A DNA stretch of 64,000 nucleotides, taken from assembly GCA_963822445.1 (NCBI GenBank), contig CAWGHO010000003.1, forward strand, positions 896,001 to 960,000. The letters run 5' to 3'. The position numbers and the translations under genes are program-made. The notes beneath the pieces were generated by a model, which did not search any database, had not been told where the DNA came from, and saw nothing but the letters and a program-made list of their open reading frames with translations. Source of the DNA: an uncultured Acidobacteriota bacterium (GTDB taxonomy: Bacteria; Acidobacteriota; Thermoanaerobaculia; Gp7-AA8). Positions 9,462 to 18,541 of the stretch are shown here, in pieces; within the stretch, counting starts at the first letter, position 1; the number at the start of each line of letters is the position of its first letter.

Positions 9462-10411
9462 TCGAAAAAGCGGTGGTCGTCCGCCGCAGCACGCGGCTCG
9501 AGGAGTTGATCGCCCGCTTCAACACGCGCGAGCAGGCGAAGTTCTACATCGAGCACGCCGGCGGCGACTTCGCCGACTACGAGCGCGAACACGACAATTA
9601 CCGCCGCGGACTGGATGCTGTCGAAGCGTCGCTGCGGCCGATCGTGAAGGTGCAGGTCATCGACCGGTCCTTCCTCCCGAACTTCATTGTCGCGCCCGAT
9701 CAAGTGATCATCACCGTCGGCCAGGACGGCCTTGTGGCGAACACCGCAAAGTACGTGCGGGGCACGCCGATCGTGGCCGTCAATCCCGATCCGGAACGGT
9801 TCGACGGCGTCCTGCTGCCGTTCCTGGCGGCCGAGGCCGCGCCGGCGGTGCGACTCGTCCAGGAGCGCGCCGCTCGCGTGCAGAAGATCACCATGGCCAT
9901 GGCGACGCTGAGCGACGGCCAGCGGCTGCTCGCGTTCAACGACTTTTTCATTGGCGCAGCCAGCCACGTTTCCGCGCGATACCGGCTGACCCACCGTGGC
10001 CGCACCGAAGAGCAGTCGTCCAGCGGTGTGCTTGTTTCGACCGGCGCGGGTTCGACCGGCTGGCTCAGCTCCGTGTTCAACATGGCCCGCGGCGTCGCCG
10101 AGTTCACGGGCGGCAACCCCGGTGCGGCGACACGATTGCCTCGCGAGGCGCGGAGGCTCCTCTTCGTCGTCCGCGAGCCCTTCGTCAGCCGCGCGTCGGG
10201 AGCGGAGATCGTGGTCGGCAGCATCGAAGGCGACGCGCCGCTGTCGATCGAGTCGCACATGCCGCGGAACGGCGTGATCTTCAGCGACGGCGTGGAGACC
10301 GACTACCTTGCTTTCAACTCAGGGGCGATTGCCAGCATCGGCGTCGCGCCGGAAGTCGCGAATCTGGTGATGAAATCCGCGACTACTCGCCGAGCGCCGC
10401 GTAGGTCATGA
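9458..10411 (+). CDS. NAD kinase-like protein
   Basis: GQDG (cf. GGDG), AFNDFFIG, SSGVLVSTGAGSTGW (cf. TPTGSTAY); ATGA-coupled to SPFH gene. Confidence 0.8.
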   Translation: MIEKAVVVRRSTRLEELIARFNTREQAKFYIEHAGGDFADYEREHDNYRRGLDAVEASLRPIVKVQVIDRSFLPNFIVAPDQVIITVGQDGLVANTAKYVRGTPIVAVNPDPERFDGVLLPFLAAEAAPAVRLVQERAARVQKITMAMATLSDGQRLLAFNDFFIGAASHVSARYRLTHRGRTEEQSSSGVLVSTGAGSTGWLSSVFNMARGVAEFTGGNPGAATRLPREARRLLFVVREPFVSRASGAEIVVGSIEGDAPLSIESHMPRNGVIFSDGVETDYLAFNSGAIASIGVAPEVANLVMKSATTRRAPRRS

Positions 10412-10454
10412 GCCGCCACCGCGCCCCTTGCGCCTCGCGAATCCGCGCGGCCAG
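10383..10454 (-). repeat. displaced copy of the 3' end of the M49 peptidase gene (direct repeat of 12134-12205)
   Basis: Encodes LAARIREAQGARWRLMTYAALGE* versus in-gene LAARIREAQGARWRLMAYGALGQ*; 60/72 nt identical by manual count. Confidence 0.85.
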
Positions 10455-10489
10455 GCGTCCACTTCAAAAGAGCAGTCCGCCGCATTCCG

Positions 10490-11245
10490 TCATAGAGCAG
10501 ACTTCGGGGCGTTACCCTTTGCGCGTCCGACGAGCCTGAGAAACTCGGCGACTATCGCGTTCGAAAACAAGCCGAGCATGACACCGCCGTAAAAATCGCG
10601 CACATCGATCGCGATGGGGAGCGGGATTACCCCCTTTTGCGTCACCTTGCTGATCAGGCAGAAAATCACGACAGCGATCACTCCGATCACGAACTGTTTA
10701 CGAATTGTCTTCCGGCTCAACCGCAGCGGTTTTACGGCCGCGTAGAAAGCGATCAGCAGCAGGACTCCCACCATACCGCCCGCAACGATCAGGAAGAACG
10801 ATGGCGCGGGCGCGATGTCGATCGTGACGTTGAAGTCCTGTTCCTGGGCCTCGGCGGCGGGCCGGTGAGTAACGACATGCACGGTGGCGGTGGCTATGTT
10901 CTGTCGCCATTGAAAAAACACCGGCCGAAACGCGTTGTACCACTCGATTTCAGGAATGATGATGAGGACCTCCATCGGCTCCTGGGGATCGAGGTCGCCC
11001 GTCACCATCTGCTCGACCGCCGGGCGCCTTCCGGAGGAAACCATCGATACTGGCAACTGCACTCTTGCTTGTGTGACGTCTATGTAAGTGTCGGCGCTGT
11101 TGTTTTTGATCTGCAGCCGGATCTCGATCGGCCCGGTCAATCCGTTCGACTCGACCATCGGCTTGATTTCGAGCATGCTTTGCCCGCGCGCTTTCGGAAC
11201 AATGAGTGCGGCGCAGAGCAGCACGATTCGCAGGCGAGGTGTCAT
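10490..11245 (-). CDS. hypothetical membrane protein (signal peptide, beta-rich domain, ~3 C-terminal TMs)
   Basis: MTPRLRIVLLCAALIVPKARG; hydrophobic C-terminal helices; overlaps upstream stop (ATGA); atypical codons. Confidence 0.65.
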   Translation of the reverse strand: MTPRLRIVLLCAALIVPKARGQSMLEIKPMVESNGLTGPIEIRLQIKNNSADTYIDVTQARVQLPVSMVSSGRRPAVEQMVTGDLDPQEPMEVLIIIPEIEWYNAFRPVFFQWRQNIATATVHVVTHRPAAEAQEQDFNVTIDIAPAPSFFLIVAGGMVGVLLLIAFYAAVKPLRLSRKTIRKQFVIGVIAVVIFCLISKVTQKGVIPLPIAIDVRDFYGGVMLGLFSNAIVAEFLRLVGRAKGNAPKSAL

Positions 11246-11994
11246 AGGCCCGACTGCGATAGAAGTTGTTCCACCATCACGAGTCTCCCGTGCGCATACC
11301 CCCGGCTCCGGCCGGTCCCCTTCGCCACTTGTTCGAGAACGGTTCGGAACGCTTTCCAATGCACCGCATATTCAGGGTCCCTGCGGAGACGTGCCTTGAT
11401 CGCCTGGTCGGTCATGATGGACTCCAGCGAGAGGCGCAATGAGCCTTCCCACAACTTCAGCGACTCGACGTTGAAGTAATAGGCGGTCTCCAGCGGGATA
11501 GCCTCAAAGTCGTAGATCAGGTCGTCGCGAGTACCGGCGAGAATCCTCGCCGAACCGAGATTCTCCACGACTGTCTCGATACGAATGACTGGCAATTGGT
11601 TCGTGAGCCCGCCCTGCTCGACGCGCCGGAACCACACGATGTATCGCGTCGCGACCGTTACCGCCATTTTCCGGTACCGCGTCGTCAGGAACGGCAAGTG
11701 CTCCGGCGCGCGCTCCGCCGCGCGATTACATGCTTGTAGATATTCGTAGAGAAATCGTTCCTGGAGGGGTATCGCTGCGCTCGCGAAATCGACCGAATCG
11801 AGATTCGGCTCGTAATAGTTCTTGATCGCTGAGCGCGGATCGGTGCGGCTCGCACGATCGCCTTTGTTGGTGATCGTCTCGAAAGGAGACCCGGCATCGG
11901 ACGCTCCGCCGAAAACGGTCCAGAATGCACAAGCCAGTGCAAGGGCGGCAGTCAGGCGCCGTACACGACGTGCGCTCGCTGCCTTCAGCCACAT
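11242..11994 (-). CDS. hypothetical exported protein
   Basis: GGAGG RBS before ATG 11994; signal-like RRLTAALALACAFWTVFGGASDA; no recognised family. Confidence 0.6.
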   Translation of the reverse strand: MWLKAASARRVRRLTAALALACAFWTVFGGASDAGSPFETITNKGDRASRTDPRSAIKNYYEPNLDSVDFASAAIPLQERFLYEYLQACNRAAERAPEHLPFLTTRYRKMAVTVATRYIVWFRRVEQGGLTNQLPVIRIETVVENLGSARILAGTRDDLIYDFEAIPLETAYYFNVESLKLWEGSLRLSLESIMTDQAIKARLRRDPEYAVHWKAFRTVLEQVAKGTGRSRGYAHGRLVMVEQLLSQSGL

Positions 11995-12133
11995 GTGTAG
12001 CCTCCCGTCGGTTACGGACGTAAGAAAAGATTGCTCGAAGGAACGCCATCCATTCTTACGCGGCAGCGTAGCGCCGTCAAGGTGACTGGCAAGGACGGAG
12101 ACGACGATGCGCCCGCACAATTAACGGCCGCTG

Positions 12134-13834
12134 CTACTGGCCGAGCGCGCCATAAGCCATGAGTCGCCACCGCGCCCCTTGCGCCTCTCTGATCCTCGCC
12201 GCCAGTTTTTCGTGGGTGTCGTTCCACATCGTCCAGCGCTCGAAGAACTTCGCGATCGCGTCTTTGTCGCCGGTCTGCTGCAGGCGGAGCACTTCCTTCA
12301 GCAGCGACGTCACCACTTCCGCGTATTTGTCGTAGTGAATGGTCAGGCGCGCGGTCTGCGAGTCGGCTTCGAGCAGGCCGTGCTCGAGGAACCAGTTGAA
12401 CTGCATGAGCTGCATGGTCTGGTAGGGCTGGTCGCTGCGTGGTTTCACGTTCTGCAGCGTGCGACGGATGCCGCTGGCCTGAATCGCGCGGAGCGAGGGG
12501 TGATTCATCCGGTGCAGGGCGAAGAGCGACACCAGGTCGGACTTCATCTCCTCGACCGCGTCGGTGTACTCCTCCAGCTTGTCCGTTTCCGCGGGGCCGA
12601 GGTAGTGACCGATCTCGTGCCAGAGCGTGCGCAGATAGTTGCCGTCGTCGGCGAGGTCGTTCGCGTGCGCATCGACCGTCGCCGCGCGGAACACGCGCAG
12701 GTCGGCGGCGAAGATGCCGGGGTGCCGCATGATGTTCTGGCGGAGGAGGATCGTGCGGCCGTAACGTCGCGCGAACAGCGGATCGTTCGGCAGGATCGTG
12801 GCTGTGTTGGCGCTGCGGGCCTGGCCGAAATCGGCGATGACGTCGTAGACGCCGACGGGGATGTGATCGCGGACGCGTTTCTCGCTTTCGTACGGCAGCG
12901 CGTCTTCGATCGATTGCAGGCTGCCGAGCGCGCGGCGAAGCTCCGCGGTCGCCTTCTCATTCGTCAGTAGGATGCTCATCGAATGAAATGCTTTCGCGCC
13001 GTACAGCGCGTCGTCGTAACTCTCGTACGCGCCGATCTGCGCGTTGAATCGCTTGAAGCGGCCGGTGACCCATGACGCGTCGCCGCTCTCGTAATCGTTC
13101 GTGATGAGGTCGCGGGCGCGGTTGCGCAGGTAACGCGCGAACTCGGCGTCGCTCGCTTCGAGCTTCGTGGCGGCGCGCATCAGCAGGCGTTGCGCTTCGA
13201 AGAGGTGATCGGCATACGCGAGCGAATACGGCACGGCGTAGAACGATTTCGGATCGACTTCCATCGCCTGTAGCCGTGCTGTCAGTTCCGGATGAAGCAC
13301 GCGGAGCGCGGCATTCGCGGCGAGCGTGTTCCGATCGCGGGTCAGACTCTCTTTCGTCGCGCGGCGGACGACCGTACGTTCGGCGAGGATCTCGTCACGA
13401 CGCGTAGGATTCGCGGCGAGAAAGGCGTCGAGCTCTTCGCGGGTCACGTCAATCGGGTAGACGTTTCGACCCGGCACGGTCGCGGCGACCGGCAGAAAGG
13501 CCTCGCGTTTGTTGTCGAGGGTCACCGCGATCGGACCGTGATGGAGCGCGTACAGCGTCAGGAGATTGGCAGTCTGCTTCGTGCGCGGCAGCTCCATCAG
13601 TTTCTTGTGCGCCGTCAGCGCCTCATGGTGGCGCGAGTGTTCGTAAAGCCGCTGCATGATTGCGCCGGCTTCGAGCAGGTCCTTCAACGCCGCGCGCTCG
13701 TTTTCATCGAGCGCGTCGAGATCGGGTGCGAGACGGATCGTTTCCGTCTTCGCCAGCAGCTCGTTCGACTTCGACTCGGGCCAGTAGCCGCTCGGAATCA
13801 CGGTGGCGAGAATGACGAGGAGCGTTTCGATCAT
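12134..13834 (-). CDS. peptidase M49 / dipeptidyl-peptidase III-like protein
   Basis: IGAYESYDD..KA, HEIGH zinc motif, EEMKSD third-ligand motif. Confidence 0.8.
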   Translation of the reverse strand: MIETLLVILATVIPSGYWPESKSNELLAKTETIRLAPDLDALDENERAALKDLLEAGAIMQRLYEHSRHHEALTAHKKLMELPRTKQTANLLTLYALHHGPIAVTLDNKREAFLPVAATVPGRNVYPIDVTREELDAFLAANPTRRDEILAERTVVRRATKESLTRDRNTLAANAALRVLHPELTARLQAMEVDPKSFYAVPYSLAYADHLFEAQRLLMRAATKLEASDAEFARYLRNRARDLITNDYESGDASWVTGRFKRFNAQIGAYESYDDALYGAKAFHSMSILLTNEKATAELRRALGSLQSIEDALPYESEKRVRDHIPVGVYDVIADFGQARSANTATILPNDPLFARRYGRTILLRQNIMRHPGIFAADLRVFRAATVDAHANDLADDGNYLRTLWHEIGHYLGPAETDKLEEYTDAVEEMKSDLVSLFALHRMNHPSLRAIQASGIRRTLQNVKPRSDQPYQTMQLMQFNWFLEHGLLEADSQTARLTIHYDKYAEVVTSLLKEVLRLQQTGDKDAIAKFFERWTMWNDTHEKLAARIREAQGARWRLMAYGALGQ

Positions 13835-13850
13835 GGGCGCGGAGAGTAAC

Positions 13851-14474
13851 TCAGCGCCGGCCGTACAACGCAACGACCAGCGGACCGCGATACCCGCGCT
13901 GGGGCGAGTCGTCGGCGAAGGCGATGCCGACCTCGTTGAAGCTGGTCTGGAGGATGTTCTCGCGGTGACCGGGCGAGTTCATCCAGCCGGTGACGACGGA
14001 CTGGCCGCTCCGGTATCCGAGGGCGAGGTTCTCGCCGATGACGCGATAGCTGTAGCCGCGGGCCTTCACCCAGACGAACGGGCTGACGCCGTCCGGCGAG
14101 ACGTGATCGAAATAGCGCTTGTCGAGCATGTCGCCGACGCGGTCCTGCGCGGCGAGGCTGAGGCGCGACTCGAGGTGCAGCGGGTCGAGACCCTTCGCGG
14201 CGCGCTCGCGGTTCATGGCAGCGACGATGGTCTCGGCGAAACCGGCCGATGGCGCCGGCCTCTGCTGCTGCTGCGGTACGCGTTCGGGGACGGGAATGCG
14301 CTTCTGCGCTCCTTCGACGACGACGCTTCCGCGGCCGAGGGCTCGCTCGAGGTCGGCGGCGAGGCGCTCCAGGTCTGTCCTTCCGCGGCTGCGATTTTCC
14401 GCGAAGAGGGACAGCGGGAAGAGCAGCGCGAACGCGGCGAGGTACGACGTAAATCGTTGAGTCTTCGAGAACAT
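13851..14474 (-). CDS. CAP/SCP domain secreted protein
   Basis: NRERAAKGL, YFDHVSPDG, IGENLA, WMNSPGHRENIL. Confidence 0.9.
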   Translation of the reverse strand: MFSKTQRFTSYLAAFALLFPLSLFAENRSRGRTDLERLAADLERALGRGSVVVEGAQKRIPVPERVPQQQQRPAPSAGFAETIVAAMNRERAAKGLDPLHLESRLSLAAQDRVGDMLDKRYFDHVSPDGVSPFVWVKARGYSYRVIGENLALGYRSGQSVVTGWMNSPGHRENILQTSFNEVGIAFADDSPQRGYRGPLVVALYGRR

Positions 14475-14546
14475 GACCGGGCTCCGTAAGTTTGGACGAG
14501 CACGTACATCGCAATCGGCAGACCACCTCGTAGACTACGCCGGCCC

Positions 14547-15224
14547 ATGTGCCTGATCGCCATCGCTCACCGCGCGTCGCCGCGCTATCCTCTGGTCGTC
14601 GCCGCGAATCGCGATGAGGAGTACGCGCGGCCCTCGCACGCCGCCGACTTCTGGCCCGACGCGCCGCAAGTCCTCGGCGGACGCGATGCCGTGGCCAATG
14701 GATCGTGGCTGGCCCTCACGCGAGCGGGGCGATTCGCGGCGGTCACGAATCTGCGGGGTGCCACGCCGCGGTCACGATCGCGCGGAGAGCTGGTGAGCGC
14801 GTTCGTCACCGGCGACGCGGATCCGCTTTCGTACGCGCGCTCGATCGACGTCGCGAACTACGCCGGGTTTCATCTGCTGGTGGGAGAGGTCGGCGGGGAC
14901 GTCGTGTATCTGGCCAGCAGTGGCGAGCTGGCCAACCTCGATCCCGGTGTTTACGCGTTCAGCAACGCGCCGTCGGGCGAGCATTGGCCGAAAGAAACAC
15001 TGGCCGTGGAAGCGATGCAGAGCGCGTTGGCCAGTGAGGTGATCGACGACGAACTGATGCGCTTTCTGACCGCGCGGCGAGGCTCCGGCTCTGTCGAAAC
15101 GGAAGTCTTCATCGAAAGCGAGCGCTACGGGACGCGAGCGTCGACAGTGATCGTCGCAACGGCCAACGAGCTGCGGTTTGCCGAGCGTGCCGCGGCGACG
15201 CGCCGTTACTCGTTCGTTTTGTAG
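14547..15224 (+). CDS. NRDE/TANGO2 family protein
   Basis: MCLI...ANRDE, GGRD..GSWL, YGTRAST. Confidence 0.92.
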   Translation: MCLIAIAHRASPRYPLVVAANRDEEYARPSHAADFWPDAPQVLGGRDAVANGSWLALTRAGRFAAVTNLRGATPRSRSRGELVSAFVTGDADPLSYARSIDVANYAGFHLLVGEVGGDVVYLASSGELANLDPGVYAFSNAPSGEHWPKETLAVEAMQSALASEVIDDELMRFLTARRGSGSVETEVFIESERYGTRASTVIVATANELRFAERAAATRRYSFVL

Positions 15225-15427
15225 GTGTCGCGGATGTTCAGCGTCGCGTCGGGATCGTCGGCCTTGTCGTCGCCGGTGTCGCGGACGTGGTCCTCGTGAC
15301 TTCCCGCGCCGCTCCAGCCGCCGTCGCGGGCGTAATCGTCGCCGAAGCCTTCCCGATGCGTGTCTCTCGCGTAGTCGCCGCCCAGCTCACCACTCTTCTT
15401 TTCGGTCATGAGGTGCTCCTTCTCCAT
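15206..15427 (-). CDS. small acidic hypothetical protein
   Basis: Host-like codons; repeated DYARD motif. Confidence 0.5.
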   Translation of the reverse strand: MEKEHLMTEKKSGELGGDYARDTHREGFGDDYARDGGWSGAGSHEDHVRDTGDDKADDPDATLNIRDTYKTNE

Positions 15428-15457
15428 GACCGGTACTGCAATTACGATGCACCGCGG

Positions 15458-16075
15458 TTGACCTCACCCGAACACCTCTCCGCCGCCGAATACATTCTCC
15501 TCGCCGAGATGCATCACGCCTCCCTCGCGGAGTTCGTCATCGAGTACTTCATCCGCCGGCGAACCTGGGTGGTCTGGCTGCATCACGCGATGTCGCTGAT
15601 CACCATCGCCGCGGTGGCCCTGGTCATCGACGCGCAGGACACGACGCTCCGCGCGGGGCTGGCTGCATTCGGCCTGGCCTTCGCCGCCTTGCTCGTGGTC
15701 ATTCTTCCAATTCACGAGCTTCTGCACGCCGCGGCGTACAGGCTGGCCGGCGCGCGCGACATCCGCTGGGACTATTCGATGAAGATGGCCGCGGTCTGGG
15801 TGATCGCCCATCGATTCGTCGCGACCACCAAGCCGTTCATCTTCGTGGCCCTCGCGCCGTTCGCGATCAACGTCGTCCTGATCCTCGGCGCGATCCTCGT
15901 CCCGAAGCTCGCCGTGTTCCTGCTCTTCGTCCTGCTCTGGCATCTTCACGGCGCGATCGGCGATTGGTCCCTCCTCAACTTCATCTGGATTCACCGCCGC
16001 GTCGGCTTCTGGACGTTCGACGACGCCGATGCCGGCAAGTCGTACTTTTATGGACGGGCGGGCGAGGGCGTGTAG
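15458..16075 (+). CDS. DUF3267-like membrane metalloprotease
   Basis: PIHELLH, ALAPF, GAIGDW motifs, multiple TMs; start uncertain (TTG 15458 or ATG 15509). Confidence 0.7.
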   Translation: MTSPEHLSAAEYILLAEMHHASLAEFVIEYFIRRRTWVVWLHHAMSLITIAAVALVIDAQDTTLRAGLAAFGLAFAALLVVILPIHELLHAAAYRLAGARDIRWDYSMKMAAVWVIAHRFVATTKPFIFVALAPFAINVVLILGAILVPKLAVFLLFVLLWHLHGAIGDWSLLNFIWIHRRVGFWTFDDADAGKSYFYGRAGEGV

Positions 16076-16086
16076 CATGAGCATCC

Positions 16087-16389
16087 ATGTCCGCGTTCGT
16101 CGAAGCGTTGCTGGTGCTGCTTCCTCCCGATGCCGGCGGGCGTCACAACCCGGTCGCGCCGCGCGACGGCTCGTACCGTCCCTTTGCCTGGTTCGACGAA
16201 CAGCTCACGCGCATCCGCCTGCTCGAAGGTCCGGCCCTGCTCGCGCCGGGCGAGGAAGCGCGGGTGGTTCTCGAGATCGAGTCCGACCTGGACATGACCC
16301 GCGGCGATGAGCTGCGCGTCGTCGAGCATGACGATCGCGTGGTCGGCATCGCCACCGTTGTTCGCGTCTGCCGTCCCGTCACCGTATGA
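16087..16389 (+). CDS. stand-alone EF-Tu domain III-like protein
   Basis: EA..LLPPDAGGRHNP...YRP, LAPGE, E..RVVGIATV resemble the EF-Tu C-terminal barrel. Confidence 0.6.
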   Translation: MSAFVEALLVLLPPDAGGRHNPVAPRDGSYRPFAWFDEQLTRIRLLEGPALLAPGEEARVVLEIESDLDMTRGDELRVVEHDDRVVGIATVVRVCRPVTV

Positions 16390-16847
16390 AAATCATCGCC
16401 AGTCTCGCGATCGCTCTCCTCGTTTCCTGCGCGTCCTCGACCGACGTCATCGACAAGCGCCAGCTCGGCTGCGACCCCGGCCAGGACATTTCCATCCTGG
16501 CCGGAGTCGACGCACCGGGGTTGCACATGGACGGCACCCAGGACCAGTTCGAGGCCTTCGTCGAGGTCAGCAACAACTCCCACGAGGAAGTGACGGTGAA
16601 GACCATCCGCGTCGAGCAGGTCGAGAACGAGTCCTCGCCGTATCTCGTCGAGACCGGTTACGGCAAATACGATCAGGTCATCCCCGAAGGGAAGGACCAC
16701 ATGTTCAAGATCCCCCTTCGCGGCCGCGCCGCGCAGAACGCGAACCGCGCCCTCAGGTCCCAGCCGGGGCTCGAGCTCGCCGTGAACGTGGCTTTGACGA
16801 ACGGGGACTCTTACCTGTGCCGGTTCGTGGTGGCTTCTTCTCGCTGA
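16386..16847 (+). CDS. hypothetical lipoprotein
   Basis: Lipobox-like LLVSC after hydrophobic stretch; coupled to upstream gene. Confidence 0.7.
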   Translation: MKIIASLAIALLVSCASSTDVIDKRQLGCDPGQDISILAGVDAPGLHMDGTQDQFEAFVEVSNNSHEEVTVKTIRVEQVENESSPYLVETGYGKYDQVIPEGKDHMFKIPLRGRAAQNANRALRSQPGLELAVNVALTNGDSYLCRFVVASSR

Positions 16848-17244
16848 CCGGGGGTTTGGCGCGGGGCGGATCGGCCGGCTGAAATTCGCCGAGGTAACGG
16901 GATGGCGGCCGCAGTTCCGGGGCGATGTTTGCCAGCGTCGCTCGCGCATACCCGCGCAGGACGAGCTCGCGATTGAGAAACAGCGCGTCCGGCGAGCGAT
17001 AGACCAGATATTCGCCGTTGCCCGCCGACTCGACCATCACCCAGGCGTTGCCGATGGTCCAGTGAAGCAGGTCGCGCGCTCGCGCGTCGTCACTCACTTC
17101 CACGCCGGCCAGGCGCACTGACTCCCGAGCGCCGTTGCGCTCGATCGTGATGGTCCGGCCATTTTCAATTGCCACGACGCGCACCATCGCCGCTTCGACG
17201 CGGAGCGCTGCCACGAGAAAAATCACTACAGAGAAAAATCGCAT
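16753..17244 (-). CDS. thermonuclease (SNase)-like secreted protein, degenerate active site
   Basis: VVAIENGRTI (cf. V.DGDT), VRLAGV, LNRELVLRGYA. Confidence 0.65.
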   Translation of the reverse strand: MRFFSVVIFLVAALRVEAAMVRVVAIENGRTITIERNGARESVRLAGVEVSDDARARDLLHWTIGNAWVMVESAGNGEYLVYRSPDALFLNRELVLRGYARATLANIAPELRPPSRYLGEFQPADPPRAKPPVSEKKPPRTGTGKSPRSSKPRSRRARAPAGT

Positions 17245-17352
17245 GCTTGTTTTGGAACGGGAGGAAAGGGATTGCGACCGCGGCAGGCGGCGTCAGGTGT
17301 GGGAGGCGAACGATAGCACAACCGGCATCGAGTTTGCCGCAGCGACGCGCGC

Positions 17353-18111
17353 GTGAATCGACTTCTCGTCTTCCTCCTTTTCCTCGTCATCAGTTGCGCG
17401 CGCGCAGAAACGGCGGAAGGTCCGCGGCACGACCCGAAGCCGAAGCCGATCGAGTGCGTGCAGCGATGGACGCCGGTCGCGAACGGCATCGACTACCGCA
17501 TGCTCAGCTGCACCGCGGATCGCTTCGATCTACACCTCGTCCGCGTCGATCCCAAGGTCGCGCAGATCGACGCCGTCGTTCGGCCCGGCCAGTCCGCTAC
17601 CGATCTCGGCCGCGAGTACACCTTCGCCGTCAACGCCAACTTCTTCGACGAGAACTTCCGCCCCCTCGGCGCAGTCGTCACCAGCGGCAAGGAAGTGAAT
17701 CGGCTCCATCCGGTGAGCTGGCAGTCGGTGTTTTACGTCGACCGCGAGCGCGCGCCGCACATCGTGCCGATGGAGAAGTGGAAGGACGTGCGCGGATCGG
17801 CGACCGCCGCGTCGCAGTGCGGGCCGCGTCTGGTGATCGGCGGCGAAAAGAACAAGGTCGCGAAAGCAGAATCGACCTGGCGCAGTGGCGTGTGCATCGA
17901 TCCGGAGAAGCGGGTGATCTTCTTCGCCACGCCTCCCGAGACCCAGCTCGACGTGCATCAGATGGTCGCGCTCGCCGTCGGCGCGATGCGTTGCCGCGAC
18001 GCGATGCTGTTCGACGGCGGGCCGTCGACGCAGATGTATCTGCGGAGGGAAGACGGGGCGGTCACGGTCGAGGGCGACAAGCGCGTCCCGGCGTACGTGG
18101 TAGTTCGCTAA
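17353..18111 (+). CDS. phosphodiester glycosidase (NAGPA-like) family protein
   Basis: AVNANFFD, QCGPRLV, RSGVC, AMLFDGGPST. Confidence 0.8.
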   Translation: MNRLLVFLLFLVISCARAETAEGPRHDPKPKPIECVQRWTPVANGIDYRMLSCTADRFDLHLVRVDPKVAQIDAVVRPGQSATDLGREYTFAVNANFFDENFRPLGAVVTSGKEVNRLHPVSWQSVFYVDRERAPHIVPMEKWKDVRGSATAASQCGPRLVIGGEKNKVAKAESTWRSGVCIDPEKRVIFFATPPETQLDVHQMVALAVGAMRCRDAMLFDGGPSTQMYLRREDGAVTVEGDKRVPAYVVVR

Positions 18112-18180
18112 ATCTCTGAAATGGCAGAGCTTAAATGGCATCTCCCTCGCACTGGAGAAAGGGGCGAAGGAGGAACGTGA

Positions 18181-18471
18181 ATGACCACGACGAACCCGAT
18201 GGGAAGTGGCAATGAAGTGGAGTCGGCGGCGTTCCACGTGCCGGTGAGCCACGTCAGCAGCCCGCCAGCGCGGACCGGCTTCCGCGTGCTGAGCGGCGCG
18301 AAGGGTCGGGTGACGAAAGTACAGACCTCGATGAAGACCAGTCCGATGCTCTGGGCCGGAATCGCGGCCGGCAGCGGCTTCGCCCTCGGCCTGGTGGGAC
18401 GCTTCGTCCACTGGCGCAATTACCACCGCCGGACGACCCCGGACCTGGTGATCATCGACGCGAGTTGTTAG
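18181..18471 (+). CDS. small hypothetical membrane protein
   Basis: AGGAGG RBS; single C-terminal TM (WAGIAAGSGFALGLVG). Confidence 0.6.
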   Translation: MTTTNPMGSGNEVESAAFHVPVSHVSSPPARTGFRVLSGAKGRVTKVQTSMKTSPMLWAGIAAGSGFALGLVGRFVHWRNYHRRTTPDLVIIDASC

Positions 18472-18473
18472 CC

Positions 18474-18541
18474 GTGTAGTGTGGGCCTCCGGCCTACCTT
18501 TCGTCCGCCGCCCGAAGGTAGGCCGGAGGCCCACACTACAC
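18474..18541. repeat. GTAG-type REP doublet, copy 1
   Basis: 27-bp perfect arms GTGTAGTGTGGGCCTCCGGCCTACCTT; same arms at 30925-30997. Confidence 0.88.
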
